Source: an uncultured Candidatus Binatia bacterium (GTDB lineage Bacteria > Desulfobacterota > Binatia > UBA9968 > JAJDTQ01). From it: a DNA stretch of 64,000 bases. The stretch spans positions 2,496,001 to 2,560,000 of the forward strand of contig OZ243916.1 in NCBI GenBank assembly GCA_965213675.1. The letters run 5' to 3'. Positions 55,155-64,000 of the stretch are shown here, one piece after another. A program made the position numbers and the translations under genes. The notes beneath the pieces are model-generated. The model saw only the letters and a program-made list of their open reading frames with translations. It was not told the DNA's origin and ran no database searches. Positions within the stretch are counted from its first letter, which is position 1; each line of letters opens with the position of its first letter.

Positions 55155-57230
55155 GTGAACCGGGCGCTGGACGTCATCGCCATCGGGCGGGCGTCGGTGG
55201 ACCTCTACGGCGCTCAGGTGGGCGGGCGCCTGGAGGACATGCGCTCCTTCCGCAAGTACATCGGCGGCTCGCCCACCAACACCGCCGCCGGGGCCGCGCG
55301 GCTGGGGCTCCGCTCCGCGGTCATCACCCGCGTCGGCGACGAGCACATGGGCCGGTTCATCCGCGAGCAGTTGCGCGCCGAAGGCGTGGACGTGCGCGGC
55401 GTCATCACCGACCCGGAGCGCCTCACCGCGCTGGTGCTGCTGGGCATACGAGACCAGGAACACTTCCCGCTGATCTTCTATCGCGAGAACTGCGCCGACA
55501 TGGCGCTGTCGCCGGACGACATCGATCCGGAGTTCATCGCCGAGGCGCGCTGCGTGCTCGCCTCCGGCACCCACCTGTCCCATCCCCGCACCGAGGCCGC
55601 CACCCTGCGGGCGCTGGACCTGGCGCGCGCGTCCGGGGCCAGGACGGTCCTCGACCTCGACTACCGCCCCAACCTGTGGGGGCTGTCCGGGCACGGCGAC
55701 GGCGCGAACCGCTTCATCGAGTCCGCCGCCGTCACCGCCAGGCTGCAACGCACCCTGGCGCGATTCGACGTGATCGTGGGCACGGAGGAGGAGTTCCACA
55801 TCGCTGGCGGCGCGCCCGACACCGTGGCCGCGCTGGCCCGGGTGCGCCAGGTGTCGGAGGCGACGCTGGTGTGCAAACGCGGCGCCGCGGGCGCCACCGC
55901 CTTCGAGGGACCGATCCCCGCAAGCCTCGACGACGGAGTAAACGGCGAAGCCATTGCGGTGGAGGTGTTCAACGTGCTGGGGGCCGGCGACGGCTTCATG
56001 GCCGGATTCCTCAAGGGCTGGCTCACCGGGGAGAACTGGGCAGGGACCCTGCGCATCGCCAACGCCTGCGGCGCGCTGGCAGTGTCGCGCCACGGCTGCA
56101 CGCCGGCCTATCCCAGCGCGCTGGAACTGCGCGACTTCCTGGAGAACGGGCCAGCGACCCCGGCGGTGCGCCACGACGCGCGCCTGGAGCAGCTCCACTG
56201 GGCCACCAACCGAACCAAGGCGTGGCCCATCATGCGCGTGTTCGCCTTCGACCATCGTTCGCAGTTCGAGGACATGGCGCGGGAACTCCGCCGGACCTCC
56301 GTGAAGGACGCGGCGCGGAAGCCGACTCCGGCGGCGCCTTCGGACACGCCATCCGGCAGCGGCGCGGCGGCGGCCAGCGCACTCGAAACAGGCGGACGCG
56401 CCGCGCCGGAGGACGCCGGTGAAGCGGCAGCAGGCGACGGCTTACCGCCAAGGGACGCCGCGGCGGCCCAACGCATCGGCGCCTTCAAGCGCCTGTGCCT
56501 GGAAGCCGCGCTTCGGGTCGCGGACGGCCGCGACGGCTACGGCATCCTGTGCGACAGCCGCCTGGGCCGCGACGCGCTGTACGCGGCCGCGGGCGCCGGC
56601 CTGTGGATCGGGCGGCCAGTGGAACGGCCCGGGTCGCGCCCGCTCCGGCTGGAGATCGGCGACGACTTCGGCTCGGCGCTGGCGGAGTGGCCCGCCGAGC
56701 ATGTGGTGAAGGCACTCTGCTTCTACCGCCCGGACGACCCGGAGGAGTTGCGCACCGGCCAGGAAGCCACGGTCAAGCGGCTGGCCGAGGCCGCCCGGGC
56801 CAACGCCCTGGACTTCCTGCTGGAGATCATCCCGTCCAGGTTCGGACGCGCCGGCGAGAACGCCACGGCCGCGGTCGTCGAACGGTTCTACACGATCGGG
56901 GTCTTCCCGGACTGGTGGAAACTGGAGCCCCTGGTCTCGGACACCGCCTGGCAACGGACGTGCGCGGTGATCGAAGCCCACGACCCACACTGCCGCGGCA
57001 TCGTGGTACTGGGCCAGGACGCGCCCTTCGAGGACTTGCAGGCAAGCTTCCGAGTGGCCGCCAGGCACGCCATGGTGAAAGGGTTCGCCGTGGGGCGCAC
57101 GATCTTCGGCGAGACCGCGCGCGCGTGGCTGGCGGGGCGCATGAGCGATGCGCAAGCCGTTACACGCATGGCGGAAAATTTCGCACGATTGTGTCAAGCC
57201 TGGGACTCAGCGCGGGTGGACGGACGGTAA
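55155..57230 (+). CDS. iolC: 5-dehydro-2-deoxygluconokinase with C-terminal aldolase-like (DUF2090) domain
   Basis: GRASVDLYG, KYIGGSPTN, NVLGAGDGF, VSRHGC, FAFDHR, PDWWKLEP, GFAVGRTIF. Confidence 0.95.
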   Translation: MNRALDVIAIGRASVDLYGAQVGGRLEDMRSFRKYIGGSPTNTAAGAARLGLRSAVITRVGDEHMGRFIREQLRAEGVDVRGVITDPERLTALVLLGIRDQEHFPLIFYRENCADMALSPDDIDPEFIAEARCVLASGTHLSHPRTEAATLRALDLARASGARTVLDLDYRPNLWGLSGHGDGANRFIESAAVTARLQRTLARFDVIVGTEEEFHIAGGAPDTVAALARVRQVSEATLVCKRGAAGATAFEGPIPASLDDGVNGEAIAVEVFNVLGAGDGFMAGFLKGWLTGENWAGTLRIANACGALAVSRHGCTPAYPSALELRDFLENGPATPAVRHDARLEQLHWATNRTKAWPIMRVFAFDHRSQFEDMARELRRTSVKDAARKPTPAAPSDTPSGSGAAAASALETGGRAAPEDAGEAAAGDGLPPRDAAAAQRIGAFKRLCLEAALRVADGRDGYGILCDSRLGRDALYAAAGAGLWIGRPVERPGSRPLRLEIGDDFGSALAEWPAEHVVKALCFYRPDDPEELRTGQEATVKRLAEAARANALDFLLEIIPSRFGRAGENATAAVVERFYTIGVFPDWWKLEPLVSDTAWQRTCAVIEAHDPHCRGIVVLGQDAPFEDLQASFRVAARHAMVKGFAVGRTIFGETARAWLAGRMSDAQAVTRMAENFARLCQAWDSARVDGR

Positions 57231-57240
57231 CGGAATGGTG

Positions 57241-57266
57241 GTCATTCCCGCTTTCGCGGGAATGAC
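57241..57266. repeat. Perfect REP-like hairpin between iolC and iolD
   Basis: GTCATTCCCGC-TTTC-GCGGGAATGAC. Confidence 0.8.
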
Positions 57267-57352
57267 GGTCGCGTATGTTGCTGCGTGGGGCGTTCGTTGG
57301 GAGCCATGACACGGCGGCTGTCGCGGTAATGCCGCGCAAGGATGAATCACCG

Positions 57353-59314
57353 ATGAACACGATCCGACTGACCGCGGCGCAGGCGCTGGTGCGTTACTTG
57401 AGCGCCCAGACCAACGAGGACGGCGAACGTTTCGTGGCCGGGGTGTGGGCGATCTTCGGGCACGGCAACGTGGCCGGGCTGGGCGAGGCCCTGTACCAGG
57501 CGGGGGACACGCTGCCGACGTGGCGCGGCCACAACGAGCAGGGCATGGCGCACGCGGCCATCGCCTTCGCCAAGGCCCACAACCGCAAGCGCGCCATGGC
57601 GGTCACCTCCTCCATCGGCCCGGGCGCCACCAACATGGTCACGGCCGCGGCGCTGGCCCACGTGAACCGCCTGCCCGTGCTGCTGCTTCCCGGCGACGTC
57701 TTCGCCAACCGCCTGCCCGACCCCGTGCTGCAACAGGTGGAGGACTTCGCGGACGGCACGGTCAGCGCCAATGACTGTTTCCGTCCGGTGAGCCGTTACT
57801 TCGACCGCATCACCCGTCCCGAGCAATTGCTTGCGGCCCTGCCGCGCGCCATGGCCACGCTCATCGATCCGGCCGGATGCGGCCCGGCGACCCTCGCCCT
57901 GTGCCAGGACGTCCAGGCCGAAGCCTATGACTATCCCGAAGGGTTTTTCGAGCCGCGGGCCTGGATCATGCGCCGGCAGCGGCCGGACGCCGGAGAATTG
58001 GCGCGCGCGGTGGAAGCCCTGCGGGCCGCCAAGGCGCCGCTCCTCATCGCCGGCGGCGGTGTGCACTACTCGGATGCGTGCGAGACGCTGGCCGCATTCG
58101 CCGAGCGCCAGGGCATCCCGGTGGCCGAAACCCAGGCGGGCAAGTCGGCGCTGCCGTGGACGCATCCGTGCAGCGTCGGCGCCATCGGCGTCACTGGCGC
58201 CGAGAGCGCCAACGCGCTTGCCCGGAACGCGGATCTGGTCCTCGCGGTGGGAACCCGCCTGCAGGACTTCACCACCGGCTCCTGGAGCCTCTTCCAGAAC
58301 CCCGATGTCCGCTTGGTGGCCATCAACGCGGCCGCCTTCGACGCCGCCAAGCACAGCACCGTTGCCGTGGTGGGGGACGCGCGCACGGTCCTGGAAGAAC
58401 TGGACGCCATCCTGGGTGAGGGCAGGCTGTCCGCGCTGTCATCGGAAACGCGCGCAACGCGGGCAAACTCCGGAACGAAGGGGAATGATCGTCCTGATGG
58501 GGCCGGCCGGCCCGTTGCAGGGGGACGCGAGACTTCCGTGGCATCGTCGCCGAAGGAATCGCCGCCGCGGGAATCATCCCTGGCGGGCATCAATGCGGAT
58601 TGGGACCGGACCGTGGACGCCGCCACCCGCGCTCCGGGCGGCGCAACCGTGCCTTCCGACGCCCAGGTCATCGGCGCCGTGCAACGCAACATGCCCGGCA
58701 ACGGCATTGTGGTGTGCGCGGCGGGCGGGCTTCCCGGCGAGTTGCACAAGCTGTGGCGCTCGCCGCGGCGCGGCGATTATCACCTGGAATACGGGTACTC
58801 ATGCATGGGCTACGAGATCGCTGGCGGGCTCGGGGTCAAGATGGCGCGGCCCGACGCCGAAGTGGTGGTGGTGGTGGGTGATGGCTCGTACATGATGATG
58901 AACTCGGAACTGGCCACGAGCGTCATGCTCGGCCTGAAGCTGACCCTCGTGGTGCTGGACAACCGTGGCTTCGGCTGCATCGACCGGCTTCAACGGGCCA
59001 CCGGGGGCGCGAGCTTCAACAACCTGTTGGACAGCGCCCGGCGCCAGACCCCATCGGCCATCGATTTCGCCGCCCATGCCGCTTCCATGGGAGCCATCGC
59101 GACCCACGTGGACGACATCGCGGGACTCGAAGCCGCCCTGGTGAAGGCCAGGGACGCGGACCGAACGTCGGTCATCGTCATCGACACGGACCCCGCGGTG
59201 GGCACGGGAGCCGGCGGCCATTGGTGGGACGTGGCCGTGCCGGAGGTGTCGGCGCGGGCCGAAGTGGCGGCCGCGCGCGAATCCTACGAAGCGGCGCTGA
59301 CACGACGCCGGTGA
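57353..59314 (+). CDS. iolD: 3D-(3,5/4)-trihydroxycyclohexane-1,2-dione acylhydrolase
   Basis: IFGHGNVAG, NEQGMAHAA, PDPVLQQ, YHLEYGYSCMGYE, GDGSY, WWDVAVPEVS. Confidence 0.97.
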   Translation: MNTIRLTAAQALVRYLSAQTNEDGERFVAGVWAIFGHGNVAGLGEALYQAGDTLPTWRGHNEQGMAHAAIAFAKAHNRKRAMAVTSSIGPGATNMVTAAALAHVNRLPVLLLPGDVFANRLPDPVLQQVEDFADGTVSANDCFRPVSRYFDRITRPEQLLAALPRAMATLIDPAGCGPATLALCQDVQAEAYDYPEGFFEPRAWIMRRQRPDAGELARAVEALRAAKAPLLIAGGGVHYSDACETLAAFAERQGIPVAETQAGKSALPWTHPCSVGAIGVTGAESANALARNADLVLAVGTRLQDFTTGSWSLFQNPDVRLVAINAAAFDAAKHSTVAVVGDARTVLEELDAILGEGRLSALSSETRATRANSGTKGNDRPDGAGRPVAGGRETSVASSPKESPPRESSLAGINADWDRTVDAATRAPGGATVPSDAQVIGAVQRNMPGNGIVVCAAGGLPGELHKLWRSPRRGDYHLEYGYSCMGYEIAGGLGVKMARPDAEVVVVVGDGSYMMMNSELATSVMLGLKLTLVVLDNRGFGCIDRLQRATGGASFNNLLDSARRQTPSAIDFAAHAASMGAIATHVDDIAGLEAALVKARDADRTSVIVIDTDPAVGTGAGGHWWDVAVPEVSARAEVAAARESYEAALTRRR

Positions 59315-59535
59315 GGGTTCGAACTCCCTTCGACTTCGTTCCGCCAAGGCGGCGCGACGCTCAGGACGGAACCAACGCTTCCGGCACTCGATCCGGGTGC
59401 CGAGACGGAAGGACGACGTATCCGTGAAGAAGCGGCGTGACGACGGTGTCCCCATGTCGGGCCAACGGTTCCCGGACCGATGATCCACCGCTGCAACAGC
59501 CCCGAGCGGCCATCCTTCCGCGCCGAGGAAACCAG

Positions 59536-60429
59536 GTGATCCGCTACGGCACCAATCCCATCGCGTGGTCCAACGACGACGACCGCGGTCTGGGCGGCGA
59601 GATTCCGCTGGAACAGTGCCTGCGCGACGTTCAGCGCATCGGCTTCGAGGGCATCGAGAAAGGGCACAAGTTTCCTTCCGATGCGCCGGCCCTGGCAGCA
59701 ACCCTCCAACGCTACGGACTGACATATGTATCCGGGTGGCACTCGCTCCAACTGCTCGAACGCTCGGTGGAGAGTGAGAAGGCGGCGCTCCAGCCTCATC
59801 TCGACGTGCTGGCCGCCATGGGGTGCGCCGTGTGCATCGTGTGCGAAACCAGCGGCGCCGTGCATGGCCGCGCCGGCACGTCCATGCTCCGGCGGCCGAC
59901 ACTCGCTCCTTCCGACTGGGCGGGCTTTTGCGCGAACATCGAGTCCGTAGCCGAACACTGCCGCCGCGCGGGCGTGCAATTGGCCTACCATCACCACATG
60001 GGCACGGTGGTGCAGACCCTGGACGAGATCACCGCCTTCATGGCACACGCCGGACCGCACACGAAGCTGCTCCTGGACACCGGCCACGCGGCCTTCGCGG
60101 GCGCCGATCCCGTGGCGCTTGCGGAAGCTTACATGGACCGCATCGTTCACATTCATGCGAAGAACGTTCGCCCCGCCGTCCGTGACAAGGCGCTTGCGGA
60201 AGGGCTGTCGTTCCTTCAGGCTGTCCGTCTCGGCGTGTTCACGGTACCGGGCGACGACGAGGGCTGCGTGGACTTCCCCGCGGTGTTGCGCATCGCAGCG
60301 CGCCACCGCTACTCCGGATGGCTCATCGCCGAGGCCGAGCAGGACCCGGCGCAACGAGATCCGGTATATTATCAGACGTTGGCATTGAAGACGCTCCGCG
60401 CCATGGCGCGGAAAGCCGGGTTGGTCTAG
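59536..60429 (+). CDS. iolE: myo-inosose-2 dehydratase
   Basis: NPIAWSNDD, YHHHMGT, LLDTGH, FTVPGD, EAEQDP. Confidence 0.96.
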   Translation: MIRYGTNPIAWSNDDDRGLGGEIPLEQCLRDVQRIGFEGIEKGHKFPSDAPALAATLQRYGLTYVSGWHSLQLLERSVESEKAALQPHLDVLAAMGCAVCIVCETSGAVHGRAGTSMLRRPTLAPSDWAGFCANIESVAEHCRRAGVQLAYHHHMGTVVQTLDEITAFMAHAGPHTKLLLDTGHAAFAGADPVALAEAYMDRIVHIHAKNVRPAVRDKALAEGLSFLQAVRLGVFTVPGDDEGCVDFPAVLRIAARHRYSGWLIAEAEQDPAQRDPVYYQTLALKTLRAMARKAGLV

Positions 60430-60484
60430 GGAAAGCCGTTACGAAACGTCATTTCCGCGCAAGCTCCTGGCGGAGGGAGGTTCC

Positions 60485-61297
60485 ATGAACAGCCTGTTAC
60501 GAAAACCGTCGGGGACGGCGGGCAAGATCGTCGACATCACACCCGCGGACGCCGGCTGGCGCTACGTTGGCTTCGCGGTCTACGCATTGAAGGCCGGGGA
60601 CACCGCCGGCGAGACCACCGGGAACCGCGAGGCCATCCTGGTGATGGTGGACGGCAAGGCGCGCCTGGCCACCCCCGAGGTCGACTTCGGCGTCCAGGGC
60701 GGGCGCATGAGTGTGTTCGAGCAGACCAGGCCGCACGCGGTCTACGTTCCCAACGGCACGTCCTGGTCGGCGCGCGCGGAAACCGACTGCACCATCGCCG
60801 TCTGCTCGGCTCCGGGCTTCGGCGGGCATCCGGCCGCGGCCATCGACCCGGACGGCATCCCGGTGCTGGAGCGCGGCAGGGGCGCCAACACGCGCTACGT
60901 GCACCCCATCGCCATGGACGACGCCGACATCGCCGACAGGCTGCTCCTCACCGAAGTGTTCACGCCCCAGGGCAACTGGTCGAGCTACCCGCCGCACCGC
61001 CACGACAGCGACCAGGGCGCGGACATGACCTATCTCGAGGAGACCTACTATCACCGCATCAACCCGCCCCAGGGGTTCGGCTTCCAGCGGGTCTTCACCG
61101 AGGACGGGGAGCTGGACGAGACCATGGCGGTTTCCGACGGCGACACCGTGCTGGTGCCGCGCGGGCACCACCCCTGCGGCGCGCCCTATGGGTACGACAT
61201 GTACTACCTGAACGTCATGGCCGGTCCCAGGCGGCAGTGGCGCTTCAAGAACCACCCGGACCACGACTGGATCTTCCAGCGGGACTCGAAATCATGA
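60485..61297 (+). CDS. iolB: 5-deoxy-glucuronate isomerase
   Basis: GWRYVGF, GNWSSYPPHRHD, LEETYYHR, YYLNVMAGP. Confidence 0.97.
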   Translation: MNSLLRKPSGTAGKIVDITPADAGWRYVGFAVYALKAGDTAGETTGNREAILVMVDGKARLATPEVDFGVQGGRMSVFEQTRPHAVYVPNGTSWSARAETDCTIAVCSAPGFGGHPAAAIDPDGIPVLERGRGANTRYVHPIAMDDADIADRLLLTEVFTPQGNWSSYPPHRHDSDQGADMTYLEETYYHRINPPQGFGFQRVFTEDGELDETMAVSDGDTVLVPRGHHPCGAPYGYDMYYLNVMAGPRRQWRFKNHPDHDWIFQRDSKS

Positions 61298-61332
61298 ACG
61301 GGTCCGTCCGGTCCCGATGCCCAGGATAACGC

Positions 61333-62382
61333 GTGAGCCTCTCCACGGATCACACGTTGCCGAAAGGCGCCAGCGAGCCTGTCCGCCTGGGCCTCCTGGG
61401 AGCCGGGCGCATCGGACAGACCCACGCCCGCTCCGTCGCCGCCACGGAGCGCGCCCGGCTGGTGGCGGTGGCCGATCCCGTCGAGGCGGCCGCGGCCGCG
61501 GTGGCCCGCATGACCGGCGCCCGGGTGACGTCGCCCGACGCACTGCTGAGCGACCCCGCCATCGAAGGCGTCCTCATCGCCGCGCCCACCGACCTCCACG
61601 CGGACCTCATCGAGGGGGCGGCGGATGCGGCCAAGGCCATCTTTTGCGAGAAACCCCTCGACCTCGACCTGTCCCGCGCGCAACGGGGCGTCGCCGCCGC
61701 GGCCCGCCGCGGCGTGCCGCTCATGATCGGGTTCAACCGCCGCTTCGATCCCTCGTTCCGGCGCCTGCGTGAGGAGATCGACGGCAGGCGCATCGGCGAC
61801 GTGGAACTGGTGCAAATCACCTCCCGCGATCCCGCCCCGCCTCCCCTCGCCTACATCCAGCGCTCCGGCGGACTCTTCCGCGACATGATGATCCACGACC
61901 TGGACATGGCGCGGTTCCTGGTGGGGGAGCCCATCGTCGAAGTCAGCGCCACCGGCTCGGCTCTCGTGGACCCGGCCATCGGCCACGCCGGCGACGTGGA
62001 CACCGCGGTGGCGGTTTTGCGTTCGTCGGGAGGCCGCCTGTGCGTCATCTCCAACTCCCGCCGCGCCGTGTACGGCTACGACCAGCGCATCGAGGTTCAC
62101 GGCTCCGCCGGAATGCTCTCCGCGGGCAATCCCGCCGCCACGACAGTCACGCGGGCCGACGGCTCGGGTTTTGCCACCGACCCCCTGAACACGTTCTTCA
62201 TGGACCGTTACGCGGATGCGTACAGACTGGAGTTGGCCGCGTTCTGCGCCGTCGTCCGGGGCGGAAACGTGCCCTACCCCGACGGCGAGGACGGCCTCGC
62301 CGCCCTCGCCATCGCCGATGCCGCGTCCGAATCCCTGGCCACGGCCCGCACCGTGCCCGTCAGTATGATCTCGACCCCATAG
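61333..62382 (+). CDS. iolG: Inositol 2-dehydrogenase
   Basis: GAGRIG, FCEKP, GFNRRFD, SRDP, SGGLFRDMMIHD, YGYDQRIEV. Confidence 0.95.
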   Translation: MSLSTDHTLPKGASEPVRLGLLGAGRIGQTHARSVAATERARLVAVADPVEAAAAAVARMTGARVTSPDALLSDPAIEGVLIAAPTDLHADLIEGAADAAKAIFCEKPLDLDLSRAQRGVAAAARRGVPLMIGFNRRFDPSFRRLREEIDGRRIGDVELVQITSRDPAPPPLAYIQRSGGLFRDMMIHDLDMARFLVGEPIVEVSATGSALVDPAIGHAGDVDTAVAVLRSSGGRLCVISNSRRAVYGYDQRIEVHGSAGMLSAGNPAATTVTRADGSGFATDPLNTFFMDRYADAYRLELAAFCAVVRGGNVPYPDGEDGLAALAIADAASESLATARTVPVSMISTP

Positions 62383-62386
62383 GCAA

Positions 62387-62423
62387 AAAGGGCGGCCGGT
62401 GGTCTCGCCACCGGCCGCCCTTT
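62387..62423. terminator. Hairpin between convergent genes, probable bidirectional terminator
   Basis: AAAGGGCGGCCGGTGG-TCTCG-CCACCGGCCGCCCTTT, 16-bp perfect stem. Confidence 0.8.
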
Positions 62424-62469
62424 CCTTCGACTCCGTATCCCCGGGTCAAGCCCATGAGGACGGATCCGA

Positions 62470-62922
62470 TCAGTTCGCCGCCAACTCCTTCTTGATGTTG
62501 TTGATGAAGGTGTTGAGCATCTGGTCGGCCTTCTTGCGGATGATGGGCTGGCCGAACTCGCCGATCTTGCCGAGGATGTTGACGTCGGTCTCCACCGTCA
62601 GCTCGGTCTCGCCAGCGCTGATTTCCTTGAGTTCCATGGTGGACTTGCCGCGCATGGCGCCGGCCACGCGCCGGTCTTCGGCCTCGGCCCGGAGCGCCGC
62701 GCGCCAGGCGTCCTGGTCCTTCTCCTCCAGCACGATCTTGCCTTGCAGGCTCAATGAGATGGGGCCGACGCGGACCTTCAGGGTACCCTGGTAGGTTTCG
62801 TCGTCCAACTGCTCGACGTCCTGGACGCCGGGAAGGCAGGTGGCCACCCTGGGAATGTCCATAAGAAGTTGCCACAGGGGCTCGCGGCCCGCGGGCACGG
62901 TTGCGCTTTGACTGAATTTCAC
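62470..62922 (-). CDS. CoxG / SRPBCC family protein
   Basis: LW..LMD...VATCLPG, KVRVGPI, GKIGEFG; follows a CoxM-like gene. Confidence 0.9.
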   Translation of the reverse strand: MKFSQSATVPAGREPLWQLLMDIPRVATCLPGVQDVEQLDDETYQGTLKVRVGPISLSLQGKIVLEEKDQDAWRAALRAEAEDRRVAGAMRGKSTMELKEISAGETELTVETDVNILGKIGEFGQPIIRKKADQMLNTFINNIKKELAAN

Positions 62923-62938
62923 TCGATTCCTCCGTTGC

Positions 62939-63805
62939 TCAGGATGCGTTGGCGATGGCGGCCTCGAGCGCGCGCCGGACGAACACCGCGGCCATCTGCG
63001 TCTTGTAGGAGCCCGAGCCGCGGAAGTCGCTGACCGGGTCGGTGTGTTCCTTGGCCTTCTCGCCGGCTTCGCGCAGTCCCTCGGCCTTCACCGGCTGTCC
63101 CCGGAGCACAGCCTCGGAAGCCGTGGCGCGCACGGGCGTGGTGTTGACGCTGCCCATGGCGATGCGCACGTCCTGGATGGTGTTCCTGGCGGCGTCCAGC
63201 GTCACGACGGCGGCGGCGCTGACGGTGGCGTAGTCGTCGGCCGAGCGCGGCAGGAACTTGAGGTAGGCGGCGCCGGAGTTGGCCGCCATGAGCGGGACGC
63301 TCACGCCGGTGACGATTTCCTCCGGCTCCAGCACGGTCTCGTAGTAGTCGCTGAAGAAGTCCTCGGCGGCCACCGAACGGGCGCCGTTGGCGGAGCCGAT
63401 CTCGATGCTCGCGCCCAACGCGATATAGGTCGGCGGCGGGTCCTGGTTGGGATCAGCATGGGCCAAGCCTCCACCCACCGTGGCCATGGTGCGCACCCGC
63501 TGCGTGGCCACGTGGTGGTAGGTGGCGCCCAGTACCGGCAGCTTGCCCTGGACCAAATCCGAAGCGTCCAGGTGGGCATGGGTCACGAGGCCGCCGATGC
63601 GCACGCTGCCGTTGTTCTCCGAGATGTCGCTCAACCCGGACACGTTGCGCAGACTGATGACGCAACCCGGCTGCAGGAGTTGCTGCTTCATCATGATCAC
63701 GAGGGCGGTGCCGCCGGCGATGACCTTGCCGTCGGAGCCGGCTTCCTTGAGGTCCGCGTAGGCCTCGTCCAGGCTGCCCGGTGTGCGGTAGTCAAATGCG
63801 ATCAT
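62939..63805 (-). CDS. Xanthine dehydrogenase family FAD-binding subunit (CoxM-like)
   Basis: IAGGT, RVRTMATVGGGLAHADP, DFRGS. Confidence 0.93.
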   Translation of the reverse strand: MIAFDYRTPGSLDEAYADLKEAGSDGKVIAGGTALVIMMKQQLLQPGCVISLRNVSGLSDISENNGSVRIGGLVTHAHLDASDLVQGKLPVLGATYHHVATQRVRTMATVGGGLAHADPNQDPPPTYIALGASIEIGSANGARSVAAEDFFSDYYETVLEPEEIVTGVSVPLMAANSGAAYLKFLPRSADDYATVSAAAVVTLDAARNTIQDVRIAMGSVNTTPVRATASEAVLRGQPVKAEGLREAGEKAKEHTDPVSDFRGSGSYKTQMAAVFVRRALEAAIANAS

Positions 63806-63816
63806 TCCTCAACCCC

Positions 63817-64000
63817 CTACTTGGCGAACTCGTGCGCCTTCTCGATGGACTCGATGATCTTGTAATAGCCCGTGCACCGGCACAGGTTGCCCATCATCCA
63901 GTCCTTGATCTCTTCCTCGTTGGGCCGGGGGTTCCGGTCCAGGAGCGCCTTGGCCGCCACCACCTGGCCGGGGGTGCAGATGCCGCACTGAAAGCCGCCG
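63817..64000 (-). CDS. 2Fe-2S subunit (CoxS-like), 3' part only
   Basis: FQCGICTPG...GNLCRCTGY, TAG at 63819-63817. Confidence 0.92.
   Translation of the reverse strand, partial: GGFQCGICTPGQVVAAKALLDRNPRPNEEEIKDWMMGNLCRCTGYYKIIESIEKAHEFAK

Noticed and set aside
1-64000. tRNA, rRNA, integron attC sites, integrase or transposase
   Set aside because: None recognised by eye; tRNAscan-SE, Infernal and IntegronFinder would be needed to exclude them formally

Overview
A GC-rich bacterial chromosomal window, densely packed with catabolic genes. These include an SDR, a GrdE-like protein, a TauD dioxygenase, a Mo-bis-MGD oxidoreductase, amidohydrolases, a Zn-ADH, an LLM oxidoreductase, an amidase, two xanthine-dehydrogenase-family clusters, a bicupin with an EutA-like ATPase, a crotonase, E1 alpha/beta, menB-menA-menE, a sigma54/ANTAR-controlled cyanate ABC transporter with cyanase, and a myo-inositol cluster (ABC-iolC-D-E-B-G). 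Lower-GC defence/toxin-antitoxin inserts lie at about 5.8-7.8 kb and 14.8-22.4 kb, and several of their toxins are disabled. Intergenic spaces hold several REP/MITE-like palindrome families. The most novel-looking items are: an autotransporter with three exact 132-aa Trp/Cys repeats I cannot assign to a family; a bicupin + EutA-like pair with no eutBC in the window; a PD-(D/E)xK nuclease fused to a SeqA-like domain; a Phd / 312-aa unknown protein / PIN module; and sharp local C-to-G skew flips beside the defence-gene insertion points. I saw no rRNA, tRNA, CRISPR array, integrase or intact transposase. All family calls come from reading motifs by eye, not from database searches.
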